DNA from: Candidatus Wolframiiraptor sinensis
GTDB taxonomy: Archaea; Thermoproteota; Nitrososphaeria_A; Caldarchaeales; Wolframiiraptoraceae
DNA length: 17,844 bases
Assembly: GCA_023261815.1 (NCBI GenBank)
Contig: JALNKA010000019.1
Span: 1-17,844 of the forward strand
Reading direction: 5' to 3'
Shown here piece after piece: positions 16,297-17,844 of the stretch (positions are counted from its first letter, which is position 1; the number at the start of each line of letters is the position of its first letter). A program made the translations under genes and the position numbers. The notes beneath the pieces were generated by a model. It had not been told where the DNA came from and did not search any database. It saw only the letters and a list, made by a program, of their open reading frames with translations.

Positions 16297-16806
16297 TTAA
16301 CCGGGCTTTAGCAGGTGTTTGGAATCCAGGACGAGCTTCCAGATTCTGTCGCCCACGTGGTGAATGTTCTCGGCGACCTTCCCCTTCTCCATGGCGATGC
16401 ACTCCTCGAGGCTCATGAGGGCCCGCGAGACTGATATGGTCTTAAAGTTTCTCTCATCTCTGATCACTATCAGGTCTCCTCCACCGAATCGGCCCCGAAA
16501 CTCTCTCACGCCCGGCCTCATCACGTCTGCACCCCTAGCTATGTGCGGGACGGCGCCCATATCCACGATCAGCGCCGGGAGCTTTTCGAGTAGCTCCCGA
16601 TTATACTCCTCGTGGAGCGTTGGGAAGATCATCTCTCCGATCTCGGCTAAAATGTACCCTTCAACACTGTATATCTTGAAGTTTTCTCCAGCGATCTGGA
16701 ATATGTTCTTTATCCTCTTGCGCGTGATCTCAGAGGCCCAGCTGAGTCCCTTGAGTCTCTCAAGAAACCTGAGTGAGTCCCTCTTGCTGAGATATCCCGC
16801 TCTCAT
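16297..16806 (-). CDS. PUA-domain RNA-binding protein (pre-PUA/DUF1947 plus PUA)
   Basis: VDMGAVPHIARGADVMRPGV, KGKVAENIHHVGDRIW. Confidence 0.92.
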   Translation of the reverse strand: MRAGYLSKRDSLRFLERLKGLSWASEITRKRIKNIFQIAGENFKIYSVEGYILAEIGEMIFPTLHEEYNRELLEKLPALIVDMGAVPHIARGADVMRPGVREFRGRFGGGDLIVIRDERNFKTISVSRALMSLEECIAMEKGKVAENIHHVGDRIWKLVLDSKHLLKPG

Positions 16807-17363
16807 TTCATCAGCATCTCCCTGATCACGTTATGAGCCTCATCCAAGCTCCTTATCCTCCTAACGAGCCCGCCCTCGCAGGCTATATTCCTATTCCATG
16901 GCCTATCATAGATTAGGAGGAGCCTGGGTTTCAGGGCGCAGCCCTCCAGGAGGAGCGGCGAGTCATTGATGAAGACGTCATAGTCGAGCCTCGCCTTCAT
17001 CCTGCTACTCCTCATCCAGACTATGTCGTCGAAGGTTATTCCATGAGCCTCGAGCCATAGGAGGGTGTATTTCTCGACATCCCGAGGCCTGGCCGTGACC
17101 AAGTCTACCCTGCCCAGCGCCCTCAGCCTCGCGATCTTATCGGCGAGATCGGGCTCGGTTGGCGGAAGCTCCCTCCACATCCTCCATGCCATTCTCATGA
17201 GCTCCATGAACTCCTTCCCGGATATCCCGAGCCTCCTCCAGAAATCCCACTCGACGAGATCCTCGTACTCCAGCTTTCGGCTGGATCTCCTATTCCACAA
17301 TCGGATCCAGAGCCTCATGGTATCCGCCAAGACGCCATCAACATCCAGCGAGATCCGGAGCAA
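16803..17363 (-). CDS. HAD-superfamily 5'(3')-deoxyribonucleotidase-like protein
   Basis: DVDGVLAD motif I, VTAR motif II, DVFINDSP motif IV, RPWN. Confidence 0.88.
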   Translation of the reverse strand: MLRISLDVDGVLADTMRLWIRLWNRRSSRKLEYEDLVEWDFWRRLGISGKEFMELMRMAWRMWRELPPTEPDLADKIARLRALGRVDLVTARPRDVEKYTLLWLEAHGITFDDIVWMRSSRMKARLDYDVFINDSPLLLEGCALKPRLLLIYDRPWNRNIACEGGLVRRIRSLDEAHNVIREMLMK

Positions 17364-17399
17364 GCTTCACGATACGGTTAGCAAGCTCATCTAAAAACC

Positions 17400-17593
17400 G
17401 TGATGGAGGAGCTGGGCAGAATGCTCCCACATGAGCTGACAATACTCCAACCGAAGCCCCTTTCTGAGTGGTAATACTAAAAACATATATACCAGCCAAA
17501 TCCCCTTATATTTGAATCCCCGAATTAGGGGCTAATCAGGTAGACCTGAATTAGAATGCCTAGTTAAGGCTTGGAGGCCGGAAAAATAGTTCA
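17400..17593 (+). promoter_or_regulatory. CRISPR leader region
   Basis: AT-rich, with no ORF of 60 aa or more and TATA-like CTTATAT near 17507-17513, directly before the first repeat. Left boundary approximate. Confidence 0.7.
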
Positions 17594-17844
17594 GAATCTC
17601 AAAAAGAGAATTGAAAGTTCTTCTGCTTATCCGAGTCGTAGGCTATGAACATGGTGCATGAATCTCAAAAAGAGAATTGAAAGGGTATTTTTGATGAAAA
17701 TTCATCCGTAACAACGAGAATAGGAATCTCAAAAAGAGAATTGAAAGGTTTCCATGGAATTAAGTGGCGAAAGGGGCTCTATCCCCGGTTGAATCTCAAA
17801 AAGAGAATTGAAAGATACCCCGGAGGATACGGCGGAGGGTTTTG
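17594..17844 (+). CRISPR. CRISPR array with 24-bp repeat GAATCTCAAAAAGAGAATTGAAAG, truncated by the window end
   Basis: Four identical repeats at 17594-17617, 17660-17683, 17724-17747 and 17791-17814. Spacers of 42, 40 and 43 bp plus a partial fourth. The ATTGAAAG 3' handle and the leader position give + orientation. Confidence 0.98.

Noticed and set aside
17618-17844. Self-targeting of CRISPR spacers to the islands in this window
   Set aside because: By eye only short chance matches were found (e.g. AAATTCATC near 242) and no protospacer-length match. An alignment would be needed to exclude degenerate hits.

Overview
Archaeal chromosomal window, most likely from a thermophilic TACK lineage such as Aigarchaeota/Nitrososphaeria (inferred from CdvB/ESCRT-III, the dph2-csl4-rpoL-tfs operon, carS, and archaeal tRNAs, one with an intron). 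The GC-rich backbone is mostly housekeeping: K+-independent H+-PPase, DUF763, an HTH-PRT regulator, TFS, RpoL, Csl4, Dph2, an M48/YgjP peptidase, a TIM-barrel isomerase, endonuclease V, CdvB, CarS, DUF2116, an MFS transporter, a PUA protein and a HAD nucleotidase. It ends in a CRISPR leader and array cut by the window edge. Three accessory patches are largely missed by the ORF track. (1) 1-2268 holds an orphan 5' half of a tRNA-Leu gene, a membrane-anchored HTH protein, a beta-rich protein and a fragmented ~300-aa secreted Cys-rich precursor. (2) 5724-7174 is a decayed provirus-like remnant beside tRNA-Met, with a Zn-finger protein, two convergent fragments of a COG2401-like acetyltransferase and a frameshifted tail-fibre/S74 chaperone gene. 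(3) 7277-7907 is an AT-rich insert between convergent tRNA-Met and tRNA-Arg. Also notable are a probable CTG start for rpoL and an unannotated 35-aa basic microprotein. All family assignments come from motif recognition; no database searches were run.
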